A stretch of DNA of 64,000 nucleotides from Ruminococcus sp. Lineage in GTDB: Bacteria; Bacillota; Clostridia; Oscillospirales; Ruminococcaceae. Position 1 is the first letter of the stretch. Every line of letters starts with the position of its first letter. The notes below the pieces were generated by a model. The model saw only the letters and a program-made list of their open reading frames with translations, did no database searches and was not told the DNA's origin. The translations under genes were made by a program, and so were the position numbers. Location: positions 8,957 to 72,956 of the forward strand of contig JAKSQU010000001.1 in NCBI GenBank assembly GCA_024403965.1, given 5' to 3'. Below are positions 1 through 8,984 of this stretch, one piece after another.

Positions 1-300
1 GTGAACATCGCAGAGTCTGAGAAGATTCATGCCAAGAGTATCTGATGCATGAGTATTTATCGGGTCTCTGAAGAAAAGAAGAACGTCAACCTCGTTGCAT
101 GAAAGAAGTGCAAGTATCTGTTCAGCACCACTCTGACCACTGAGATATTTGACAATCGGAAGACCGGTTGCCTCACTTACCTGTTTACCGGTAGTATTTG
201 TTGCAATAAGGGAGTGCTTTGAAAGAATTCCGCAGTATGCACTGCAAAACTGAACCATAAGTTCTTTTTTTGCATCGTTTGCAATGATAGCAATTTTCAT
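1..300 (-). CDS. mgsA: Methylglyoxal synthase-like protein, runs off the window edge; catalytic residues appear degenerate
   Basis: Manual translation from ATG at 300 (absent from ORF track): MKIAIIANDAKKELMVQFC...LIATNTTG...LLFFRDP...LLRLCDVH, an MgsA pattern. Lies downstream of minD, a common clostridial arrangement. Confidence 0.8.
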   Translation of the reverse strand, partial: MKIAIIANDAKKELMVQFCSAYCGILSKHSLIATNTTGKQVSEATGLPIVKYLSGQSGAEQILALLSCNEVDVLLFFRDPINTHASDTLGMNLLRLCDVH

Positions 301-376
301 TTATATGTCCTTTCCCCGCTGTTGCGGATACTGTAATTTAAATATAACACTCTCAGATTTTGCGGAGAGATTTATT

Positions 377-1114
377 TTATGATGTCTTGACTGTAAGAGG
401 TACGAACTCACCGCCGAGTCTTTTAGCTATAGCATCAAAAGCCCTCAGCGCATCAGAATCAGGAGAAATCGGATTGCCCTTTCCTGTAGCAACAGTCATC
501 TTGAAATCATCAGGAATAACACCGATAAGCTGAACACCTACAGTATCAATGATTTCATCAAGATTTGAAACAAGAGCCTCACCGATAACCTTTTTGCTTA
601 TCTTGTTAATGATAAGACGCTGACTCTTATTGCCTCTGTTATAGAATTCATCTGACATAAGTGCTGCATCTCTGATGCAGATAGGGTCAGGAGTTGAAAT
701 AACAAGAATAAGATTTGCCTGCTCAACAATATCAAAAACGTGTGAGTTGATACCTGCACCGGTATCGATAATAATATACTCAAAATATTTTTTTACTGAA
801 CGGCAAATATCAACAATCTGCTCTGCAGTAACAGGTGTAAGAGTTTTAGGTGCGCAGAGAATATTGAGATTAGATGCCATTGGTACCTGAGCAACAGCTT
901 CAAGAGCTGATTTTTTTCCGTTTAGAACATCACCAAGGTCAAATTTGATTTCGTTTTCTATACCGAACATGATATCAAGACATCTCAGACCGAAATCAAG
1001 TTCAATAAGAAGAGTTCTGTGACCCTGTTTGGCAAGAGTGTATCCGAGTCCGGCACAGATACTTGATTTACCTGTACCACCCTTGCCTGATGTGATTGCA
1101 ATCATCTTAGACAT
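377..1114 (-). CDS. minD: Septum site-determining ATPase MinD
   Basis: Deviant Walker A SGKGGTGKS; DFGLRCLD; IIDTGAG; 245 aa. Confidence 0.85.
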   Translation of the reverse strand: MSKMIAITSGKGGTGKSSICAGLGYTLAKQGHRTLLIELDFGLRCLDIMFGIENEIKFDLGDVLNGKKSALEAVAQVPMASNLNILCAPKTLTPVTAEQIVDICRSVKKYFEYIIIDTGAGINSHVFDIVEQANLILVISTPDPICIRDAALMSDEFYNRGNKSQRLIINKISKKVIGEALVSNLDEIIDTVGVQLIGVIPDDFKMTVATGKGNPISPDSDALRAFDAIAKRLGGEFVPLTVKTS

Positions 1115-1306
1115 TGAATTTCCCTTTCCAAAATCCGTGTTTCAGATAAAGTATCTGAACGCTGAAATACAGAGAGATTATTAAGAATTTTTCTTAGTAT
1201 TCAAATATCATCATGTGCGATGAATATAAAAAATAATCAGAAAACGTTAAAAAATCCATCTGCGTGCGGATTCATATCTCCATACTAATAAAATTATCTA
1301 TAATGT

Positions 1307-1335
1307 ATTATATCACATATAGTTTTAAATGTCAA
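1307..1335 (-). promoter_or_regulatory. SigA-type promoter for minD-mgsA, giving a ~185-nt leader
   Basis: TTGACA-17 bp-TATAAT with TG extension on the minus strand. Confidence 0.75.
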
Positions 1336-1422
1336 AGCACTTTTCAATATTAAATGAAAAATTGTATAATTCGGTGTATTTCATTTGCTATTATTGTACA
1401 TTTCCTACAATAAAATACCTGT

Positions 1423-1929
1423 TTATTCAATTGAATTTAAAGCCTGAGTGATATTATTAACAGTTTTTTCAATGTTTTTTCCGTTTTCATCAATGATGAT
1501 ATCGGCATATTTTTCGTATAGCGGACATCTTTCAGAGTATAAATCAGATAATTTCTGACCTTTTCTGATAACTACTCCCCTGTTTTTTATGTTTCCGAGT
1601 CGGTATTTCAGCTTGTTATAGTCGAGTTTCAGGTAAATAACAGTGCCGATTTCACATAAATGTTTCATTGCTTCTTCACCGTAAACAACACTTCCGCCTG
1701 TAGCAATAACTGATTTGTCTGCTTTCAGCTTTTTAACAACTTTGTTTTCAGTTCCGATAAATCCGTCGATACCTTTTTCTGAAATAATATCTTTAAGAAG
1801 TTTATTTTCATTTTCCTGAATGACAATATCTGTATCAACAAAGCGGTAACCGAGAATTTTTGCGAGAATTACGCCGACTGTACTTTTTCCTACGCCCGGC
1901 ATACCGATAAGAACAATGTTATTTTTCAT
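1423..1929 (-). CDS. aroK: Shikimate kinase
   Basis: GMPGVGKST P-loop; FVDTD; IATGGS; ERCPLY. Confidence 0.9.
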   Translation of the reverse strand: MKNNIVLIGMPGVGKSTVGVILAKILGYRFVDTDIVIQENENKLLKDIISEKGIDGFIGTENKVVKKLKADKSVIATGGSVVYGEEAMKHLCEIGTVIYLKLDYNKLKYRLGNIKNRGVVIRKGQKLSDLYSERCPLYEKYADIIIDENGKNIEKTVNNITQALNSIE

Positions 1930-2053
1930 AATATCTCCCCTTTTTATATTTTGTTATATTGTAGCTTATTTGCTGTGATTTGTCAACATTACAGAAAAAC
2001 AGTTGAAACCAAAAAGATTATATGATATAATGCTTTTTGAAGAAGGTGAAGAA

Positions 2054-3010
2054 ATGTCGGCAAATCCGTTTAAGTATTCTTTAGATAACAAACGTTATCA
2101 CACGCTGAATTATTACAATAAAACCAAATATGGCAATAAGCTGTATAAAGCAGTAATTGAATGCGGTTTTACCTGTCCGAATATTGATGGTTCAAAAGGT
2201 TTCGGCGGATGCATATTCTGTGACGGCGGAAGTGGTTATTTTACTGCACCTGAACTGAATATAAAAGAACAGATTGAGAATGAATTCAGAAGAATTTCGT
2301 CAAAATACGGAGAAAACGTATCACTTACTGCATATTTTCAGGCGAATACAAATACATATGCACCTGTTGAAAAACTGCGAGAGATTTATTATACAGCACT
2401 TGAATTTCCTTATGTAAAAGCTGTATCAATCGGGACTCGCGGAGATTGTCTTTCGGAAGAAATACTTGACCTGTTAAGTGGACTTAATAATAAAACAGAG
2501 CTTACAGTTGAACTCGGAATGCAGACAGTGCATGAAATAACCATAAACCTGATAAACAGATGCTGTACACATGAAGAATTTCTTGATGGTTACAACGGGC
2601 TGAAAAAGAGAAATATCAGAACCTGTCTGCATATAATAAACGGTCTTCCTTTTGAAACTGAAGAAATGATGCTTGAAACTGCTCGTCAAACCGCACAGCT
2701 GAAACCTGATGCAGTAAAATTGCAGATGCTCCATGTTATAAAAGGGACAAAGCTTGCTGAAATGTATGAAGACGGCATGTCGGAACTGCTTTCGAAAGAA
2801 AAATACATAGACATTATCGTAAAACAGCTTGAATTACTGCCAGAAGAAACAGTAATCGAACGAATTACCGGTGACGGAGATAAAAGCAAGCTCATTGCAC
2901 CTAAATGGAGTACTGATAAAATATCTGTACTCGGCGGAATTGACAAGCGCATGGCAGAACTTGATACATGGCAGGGCAAAAAATATATTGATTCATCAGC
3001 TAAGCATTGA
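2054..3010 (+). CDS. Radical SAM protein, YhcC/YtqA (TIGR01212)-like
   Basis: CPNIDG-x6-CIFC cluster motif; YFQANTNTY; IERITGD. Start placed at ATG 2054 after the AAGGTGA RBS. Confidence 0.85.
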   Translation: MSANPFKYSLDNKRYHTLNYYNKTKYGNKLYKAVIECGFTCPNIDGSKGFGGCIFCDGGSGYFTAPELNIKEQIENEFRRISSKYGENVSLTAYFQANTNTYAPVEKLREIYYTALEFPYVKAVSIGTRGDCLSEEILDLLSGLNNKTELTVELGMQTVHEITINLINRCCTHEEFLDGYNGLKKRNIRTCLHIINGLPFETEEMMLETARQTAQLKPDAVKLQMLHVIKGTKLAEMYEDGMSELLSKEKYIDIIVKQLELLPEETVIERITGDGDKSKLIAPKWSTDKISVLGGIDKRMAELDTWQGKKYIDSSAKH

Positions 3011-3029
3011 TTTTAGCTCAATACCACAC

Positions 3030-3070
3030 AAAAAAGCTCCTGTATGAGATATCAGAGTACAGGAGCTTTT
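3030..3070. terminator. Bidirectional intrinsic terminator
   Basis: AAAAGCTCCTGTA ... TACAGGAGCTTTT inverted repeat with A/T tracts on both sides. Confidence 0.8.
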
Positions 3071-3629
3071 ACTATTCAATTGTTAGTTAGGAAAGACAGA
3101 ATAAACTGTCTGAACGACTTTCATCGTTTTGCTGAATTAACCTTCGGACTCACCCTTTCGGTATTAGTGTTCGATAAGATTCATTAATTTTTTCATGATA
3201 TCAGCAACCTTTTTCTTCATTTAGGTCTGGATAAGCTTAAGTTAAAAAACTTCAAGCATAAATTTTTATCTCATTGGACTCAACCTTTACTCTATATTTT
3301 TTCAGTATTTAAAGACAAATTGTCAGAAATTTCAGATAATCCTGTATCTAAAAAACAATATTGAATTTTAACTGCAATGTAAAGCTGAATGCCGTTATTA
3401 TTAATCGAATTACTCACAATTTATTATGTATTATTCAGAACAAGCGTAAAGCCTATATTCTCTCTTTGAAAATTCAATTATTAACCATTGACACCGGCTT
3501 TTAAAGAATGACTAAAAGAACTTTCCACCGGACTCACTTTCCTTTCCGCATAAATTAAATTTACTTTGAGTTTATTCTCAAAACCAAGCAAACTGAGCTT
3601 TGGGAACTTTTTTCTGTTTCCCTTTCCTT
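3030..3629 (-). ncRNA. Candidate ~600-nt noncoding or micro-ORF RNA with three AAAGG..TGAGTCC repeats
   Basis: Consensus promoter at 3636-3664, terminator at 3030-3070, no ORF of 60 aa or more in between, several hairpins. Confidence 0.5.
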
Positions 3630-3635
3630 GAGTAT

Positions 3636-3664
3636 ATATTAACACAATATTTGTGAAAAGTCAA
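3636..3664 (-). promoter_or_regulatory. SigA-type promoter pointing into the ORF-poor 3030-3629 region
   Basis: TTGACT-17 bp-TAATAT with extended -10 TG. Confidence 0.7.
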
Positions 3665-3765
3665 TAGTAATTTTCAAGATTCTTGAAACAAATAATAAAC
3701 TTTGTTATATTATACAATACAAATGCTGTTCTGATATGCAAAATAACCAATGTATTTATTACCAC

Positions 3766-3794
3766 TTGCATTTTACATAAATTTGTTGTATAAT
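3766..3794 (+). promoter_or_regulatory. SigA-type promoter for the DUF1292 gene
   Basis: TTGCAT-17 bp-TATAAT. Confidence 0.65.
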
Positions 3795-3894
3795 GATTTA
3801 GACACGTTAATTAAAACGTGTTATCACTCCGTAAAGTTTTTATTAACGGAGCAACGATGTATCAACAATGGCTTATGCCGGAACGGAGACTATT

Positions 3895-4212
3895 ATGTCT
3901 GAAATGAACGAATACACACCTGACCTTTTTGAACTTGTTGATGATGAAGGCAACAAGAGAAATTTTGAACTTATTGATGCGGCTGAAATAGACGGAGAAG
4001 AATATTTTGCACTTGTTCCGTCAGCAGAAGATGAAAACTTCCTTGACGAAGACAATGACATCGTTTTCCTTAAAACAATTGAAGAAGACGGCGAAGAAAT
4101 CCTTGCATCAATTGATGATGACGATGAATTTGAAAGAGTATCAAAATTCTTCCTTGAACGTATTGCAGATATGCTTGCAGACGATGATTTTGATGACGAT
4201 GTTGAAGATTAA
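3895..4212 (+). CDS. DUF1292-family small acidic protein
   Basis: LVDDEGNKRNFELID...YFALVP...LASIDDDDEFERV pattern; start after GGAG. Confidence 0.8.
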   Translation: MSEMNEYTPDLFELVDDEGNKRNFELIDAAEIDGEEYFALVPSAEDENFLDEDNDIVFLKTIEEDGEEILASIDDDDEFERVSKFFLERIADMLADDDFDDDVED

Positions 4213-4302
4213 TCACTAAGATTTAAGAAAAAGTCATCTTTTTTTATAAAAAAGTCTTGATTTTTTTGAAAGTATATGTTATAATACATATGTCAATTGA
4301 AT

Positions 4303-4480
4303 ATACTGCCTTGTTCGAGTATTTATAGTTTTTATAATCCAACACATTTTACAAGGGAATTCAGCTCCGTATGTGGACTGCAGACCTCCCGTCCTGCGGA
4401 AGAAGGGAGCGAGAATCATTCGGGCGTTTACCCACCTGCTTCGTGCGGGTTTTATTCGCTATAAGACGGCAAGGCGGTGA
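4303..4480 (+). ncRNA. ssrS: 6S RNA
   Basis: Closing stem ACTGCCTTG(4305)/CAAGGCGGT(4477); Firmicutes 6S motifs GGGAGC, CCCACCTG, GCGGGTT; own TTGATT-17-TATAAT promoter (4257-4285) and downstream terminator. Confidence 0.85.
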
Positions 4481-4491
4481 GTGTTTAAATC

Positions 4492-4519
4492 AGCCGGAGT
4501 TTTTTGCTTCGGCTTTTTT
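4492..4519 (+). terminator. Intrinsic terminator of 6S RNA
   Basis: AGCCGGAG ... CTTCGGCT followed by a T tract. Confidence 0.75.
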
Positions 4520-4564
4520 GTCATATACGGAAAATCGGGAATATAATAATACGGAGGTGCTGTT

Positions 4565-4912
4565 ATGGATATTCCCGTGTTTATTGCTTTAGTAATTCTT
4601 TTTGTTATCTGTATTCTTGAAGTGTTTTTTCTTTTAAGATGTCCTAAAATTAAACAGTTTCCTGTTTATCTTTTGATAAGTCTGTATGGAAGTGATGAAG
4701 ATATAGAGCAGATTTTAAGCTATACAATTTATCTTCTCAGCAATGATACAGACGGATTCAGAAGAGTTTTTTTATTATATGAAGAACTTACAGACAGTCA
4801 GAAGATGCTTTGTGAGAAGTTTTGCAGTGAAAATACATCTGTATATCTTGTAAAAACTGAAAATATTGAAAATTTCTTGCCGAAAATAATTGATTTTAAT
4901 GAAAAAATATAG
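4565..4912 (+). CDS. Hypothetical protein with N-terminal membrane anchor
   Basis: GGAGGTG RBS; hydrophobic N-terminus; 115 aa. Confidence 0.65.
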   Translation: MDIPVFIALVILFVICILEVFFLLRCPKIKQFPVYLLISLYGSDEDIEQILSYTIYLLSNDTDGFRRVFLLYEELTDSQKMLCEKFCSENTSVYLVKTENIENFLPKIIDFNEKI

Positions 4913-4956
4913 TATAATATATAAGTAGTCTTAATTTTTATGCATGGAGGGAGAGA

Positions 4957-7227
4957 ATGGAACAAAAGCTTTTGCATCTTGAAGGTACTGTTGAAGAGAT
5001 TCACTATAAGAACGAAAACAACGGATATATTGTTCTTGATCTCGATGCAGGCGGTGAACTTGTTACAGTTGTCGGAGAACTTGGTGATATTGAAGAGGGC
5101 GAAGGTCTCATAGTTGAAGGAAATTATGAACAGCACCATCGTTTCGGACCACAGTTTAAAGCAGAATACTGCGAAAGAAAACTCCCTGACACTGTAATTA
5201 ATATCGAAAAATATCTTTCGTCAGGTGCAATAAAAGGAATTGGTCCCGGACTTGCAAAAAAAATAGTAAATGTATTCGGCGACAGAACGCTTGATATAAT
5301 GGAAAAGGAACCTTACAGACTCTCGGAGGTCAAAGGCATTTCTTCCGGCAAGTGTGATGAAATAGCCGCCGAGGCACGAAAGCTGTTTTCTCTCAGATGC
5401 ATAATGTCATATCTTTCTCAGTACAGCATAAAATCAGGATTTGCAATGAAGACATACAGAAAGTATGGTGCCGATGCACTTGAACTGATAAAGCTGAATC
5501 CTTATCTGCTTTGCAGTGACAGTATTGAACTTGAATTCAGCAAGGCTGACAATATTGCACACGATCTGCATATTCCTGCAAATTCGGATAAAAGAGTGAT
5601 TGCGGGACTACAGTATATTTTAAGAGCAAACACAGCACTTGGACATTCCTGTCTTCCGCTTGATACCTTGCTCCCTAAGGCTGAAAAAGTGCTGAGCATA
5701 AGTGAAAAGGATTTTTACAGCTCATATAATGCCGCACTTGATGATAATGAACTTTTTGAATATATAAAAAATGAGAGAGAATATGTTTATCTCCCTGATT
5801 ATTATTATGCAGAAAGCTTTATTTCAGACAGAATTCAGATACTGAGTGATTTCACATCACCTGAGGATTTTGATTTTGACGCTCTCATAGATATTGAGGA
5901 AGAAGAAAAAGGTATTCAGTACGAAGAAATACAGCGTATGGCTATAACTTCTGCTGTATCAAAAGGACTTATGATACTGACAGGCGGTCCGGGTACAGGT
6001 AAGACAACTACTCTTAATGCTATTATTTCAATATTTGAAAAACGTGGAAAAAGAGTACTCCTTACAGCACCGACAGGACGTGCTGCAAAGAGAATGTCTG
6101 ATCTGACAGGCTATGAATCAAAGACAATTCATCGTCTGCTTGAGGTTGCGTATGACAAATCAGGCAGACTTACATTTGTTCACAATGAGAATCATCCGCT
6201 TGACTGCGATGTAATTGTGATTGATGAGATGTCAATGGTTGATGTAATACTTTTTGAAAAGCTTTTACGAGCATTAAGGCTTGGCTGTAAAATAATTATG
6301 GTTGGTGACTGTGATCAGCTGCCGTCAGTTGGTGCGGGAAATCTTCTTGGTGACCTTATAGCAAGTAACTGCGTAACTGTTATTAAACTTAAAGAAATTT
6401 TCCGTCAGGCAAGAAAAAGCTGTATTGTCACAAATGCTCATAAGATAGTTTCAGGTGAACTTCCTGACCTTTCACGAAAGGACAGCGACTTTTTCTTCTT
6501 TCAGAGAAAAAATGTTGATAAAGCATCCGAACTTCTTGTTGACCTTATTAAAACAAGACTTCCTAATGCCTATGGCTATAGTCCTGTTGATGATATTCAG
6601 ATAATTGCACCTTCAAGAAAAGGTCTTCTCGGTACAGTTGAACTGAACAAGCGTTTACAGGATGAAATAAATCCACCGAGTGATAAAAAGCTCGAATTCA
6701 AGGGAAAAATATATACATTCCGTATCGGTGACAAGGTTATGCAGAATCGTAATAATTACGATATTGTATGGCATCAGGATGATAAACAGGGTACGGGTAT
6801 TTTTAACGGCGACATAGGAAAAATAGTAAATATAAATATGCTGACAAAGTCTGTAACAATCGATTTTGATGGCAGAGTGGTTTCATTTATGTTTGAAAAT
6901 GCTGACCAGATAGAACTTGCTTATGCTGTTACAGTACATAAAAGTCAGGGCAGTGAATTTGAAGCAGTTATTATTCCCCTGCTCGATTCATTTGAAAAGC
7001 TTTGTTACAGAAATCTGCTTTATACAGCGGTTACAAGAGCAAAGCGTCTTCTGATAATCATAGGTTCAGAAGACGATGTATCCAGAATGGTTGAGAACAA
7101 CAGAAGAACAAGACGTTACACCTGTCTGAGAAGTATGCTTGCAGGCGGAGCAGTTGTTGAAAATGTACCGCAGGCGGTGCTTAATGACCCTCAGCTTTCA
7201 GAAATACTGCAGATGCAGGATGAATAA
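4957..7227 (+). CDS. recD2: RecD2-type ATP-dependent DNA helicase
   Basis: N-terminal OB/HhH region (IKGIGP); GGPGTGKTT; IDEMSM; AYAVTVHKSQGSEF; LYTAVTRAK. Confidence 0.95.
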   Translation: MEQKLLHLEGTVEEIHYKNENNGYIVLDLDAGGELVTVVGELGDIEEGEGLIVEGNYEQHHRFGPQFKAEYCERKLPDTVINIEKYLSSGAIKGIGPGLAKKIVNVFGDRTLDIMEKEPYRLSEVKGISSGKCDEIAAEARKLFSLRCIMSYLSQYSIKSGFAMKTYRKYGADALELIKLNPYLLCSDSIELEFSKADNIAHDLHIPANSDKRVIAGLQYILRANTALGHSCLPLDTLLPKAEKVLSISEKDFYSSYNAALDDNELFEYIKNEREYVYLPDYYYAESFISDRIQILSDFTSPEDFDFDALIDIEEEEKGIQYEEIQRMAITSAVSKGLMILTGGPGTGKTTTLNAIISIFEKRGKRVLLTAPTGRAAKRMSDLTGYESKTIHRLLEVAYDKSGRLTFVHNENHPLDCDVIVIDEMSMVDVILFEKLLRALRLGCKIIMVGDCDQLPSVGAGNLLGDLIASNCVTVIKLKEIFRQARKSCIVTNAHKIVSGELPDLSRKDSDFFFFQRKNVDKASELLVDLIKTRLPNAYGYSPVDDIQIIAPSRKGLLGTVELNKRLQDEINPPSDKKLEFKGKIYTFRIGDKVMQNRNNYDIVWHQDDKQGTGIFNGDIGKIVNINMLTKSVTIDFDGRVVSFMFENADQIELAYAVTVHKSQGSEFEAVIIPLLDSFEKLCYRNLLYTAVTRAKRLLIIIGSEDDVSRMVENNRRTRRYTCLRSMLAGGAVVENVPQAVLNDPQLSEILQMQDE

Positions 7228-7243
7228 ATAAAGGAGAACTAAA

Positions 7244-8263
7244 ATGGCAAATACTGATATCGGAATAGATTTAGGTACTTCCAATATAGTAATGACAATG
7301 GGCGATAAAGGAGTAGTTCTCAGCGAACCATCTGTTATTGCATACAATACCCGTACTGAACGTGTTCTTGCTGTCGGAAAGGAAGCCTATGAAATGATAG
7401 GCAGAAATCCGGATTACATAGCAGTTAAAAGACCAATCAGCGAGGGTGTAATTTCCGATGATGACCTTGCTCACAGTATGATTCGTGAGTTTATTCTCAA
7501 GGTATCAGGTCATCAGCTTATAAAACCGAGAATAATTATATGTGTACCTTCATTCATTACTGATATTGAAAGCAGGGCTGTAGTTGAGGCGGCAAAAAGT
7601 GCAGGTTCAAGACAGGTTTATCTTATACAGGAGCCTATTGCAGCTATGATAGGTGCAGGTGTAAATATTACAAAGGCTAAGGGACACATGATAGTTGATA
7701 TAGGCGGCGGTACTACTGATGTTGCAATTGTTTCTATGAATGGTGTTGTTACATCACATACAGTTAAGGTTGCAGGAAATTCAATTGACCGCTCAATTAT
7801 CAAGTATATGCAGAATAAATATAAGCTGCTTATCGGTGAGAGAACTGCAGAAAAGGTAAAAATCGAACTCTGCAATCTCTATGACCCTAATGATGAAATC
7901 ACATATATGGTTAAGGGACGCAGCCTTTTAAAAGGACTTCCTGCACAGGTACTTCTTAGTGAAACAGAACTTTTCGAGGCAATTGAGGATGACACCTTCA
8001 CTATTATGGAGGCTATAAAAAAAGTGCTTGAGGATGCTCCACCTGAACTTGTAGGAGATATCTATGATAACGGACTTCTCCTTACAGGCGGCGGCGCATT
8101 GCTCGGAGGACTTACACAGCTTATCAAACGTACAATCGGAATAAACTGTCTGATTGCAAAGGATTCGATAAACTGCGTTGCAAAGGGCACAGGACTTGCC
8201 TTCGACAGAATGACTACTCTCCTTGACGGATTTGAGTCAGCGGCTGTCTATAAATACAGGTAA
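7244..8263 (+). CDS. mreB: MreB/Mbl-family actin-like rod shape protein
   Basis: IGIDLGTSN; DIGGGTTD; LTGGGALL. No adjacent mreC/mreD, so probably an Mbl-like paralog. Confidence 0.85.
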   Translation: MANTDIGIDLGTSNIVMTMGDKGVVLSEPSVIAYNTRTERVLAVGKEAYEMIGRNPDYIAVKRPISEGVISDDDLAHSMIREFILKVSGHQLIKPRIIICVPSFITDIESRAVVEAAKSAGSRQVYLIQEPIAAMIGAGVNITKAKGHMIVDIGGGTTDVAIVSMNGVVTSHTVKVAGNSIDRSIIKYMQNKYKLLIGERTAEKVKIELCNLYDPNDEITYMVKGRSLLKGLPAQVLLSETELFEAIEDDTFTIMEAIKKVLEDAPPELVGDIYDNGLLLTGGGALLGGLTQLIKRTIGINCLIAKDSINCVAKGTGLAFDRMTTLLDGFESAAVYKYR

Positions 8264-8269
8264 TCAGTT

Positions 8270-8956
8270 ATGGGCAGCAGTAATGATAAGCAGAATCAGA
8301 GTATAAAAAAATCGGAAAGAAAAAAATCTCCGACATCAGCAGCTCAAAAGATTCTTATTTCTTTTTGTGCTTTTATGCTGCTTTTACTTGTAGTAATTCT
8401 GATTTATGCGATAGTGATAGAAAAGAATACAAAGATAACAACAAATCCTGTAGACTCCTTATCAACTACACAGACTCATGCGCTTACAACTTCTGCCAGA
8501 TATACAAGCACCACAACTGCATTAACAGTATCTGAAACAAGCACAGATACTGAAACATCAGCATCGACATCTTACGAAACAACATCATCAGTTTCAGCAT
8601 CGTCAGTACAAACGACAGCAGTGACGACGAAAAAAATTACAGGTATCAAAGAATATACAGTGCCTTTTGAAATACAGCTGCCGCAGAATTACAGCGGTAA
8701 TTACACAATAAAAATCATTTATAATTACAAAGGTACAGTAATAACGATATCAGACATAAAACTGCCGGGAGATACTTCTGTAAAACAGGAGCTTACTTCC
8801 CTTACGGCTGACGAAGATGTTTCAGCCGATATTTATCTGATTAACAATACAAACAGTCTTCGTGCACTGATAGGAAATGCAAATTTTGATTTTGCACATT
8901 CATCTGCTGAATACAGCGGATTTGATATAACAAGTGCTTTTGAAGCTGTTCAATAA
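8270..8956 (+). CDS. Single-pass membrane protein with Thr/Ser-rich linker and small C-terminal beta-rich domain
   Basis: Basic N-terminus, TM helix, ~65-aa T/S tract, ~100-aa C-terminal domain. Confidence 0.7.
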   Translation: MGSSNDKQNQSIKKSERKKSPTSAAQKILISFCAFMLLLLVVILIYAIVIEKNTKITTNPVDSLSTTQTHALTTSARYTSTTTALTVSETSTDTETSASTSYETTSSVSASSVQTTAVTTKKITGIKEYTVPFEIQLPQNYSGNYTIKIIYNYKGTVITISDIKLPGDTSVKQELTSLTADEDVSADIYLINNTNSLRALIGNANFDFAHSSAEYSGFDITSAFEAVQ

Positions 8957-8984
8957 TGAAATTATAATTCAGGAGGATAATAAA

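Noticed and set aside
3110-3160. UGAGUCCGAAGG...GAAA resembling a hammerhead ribozyme core
   Set aside because: No CUGAUGA core and no GGAC-GAAA closing stem II.
3146-3547. GGACTCA repeats as a CRISPR array or type III antitoxin array
   Set aside because: Repeats are only 7-14 bp with irregular spacing (130 and 254 bp); no cas or toxin gene adjacent.
4371-4592. 73-aa ORF in the ORF track
   Set aside because: Overlaps 6S RNA and its terminator; shadow ORF.
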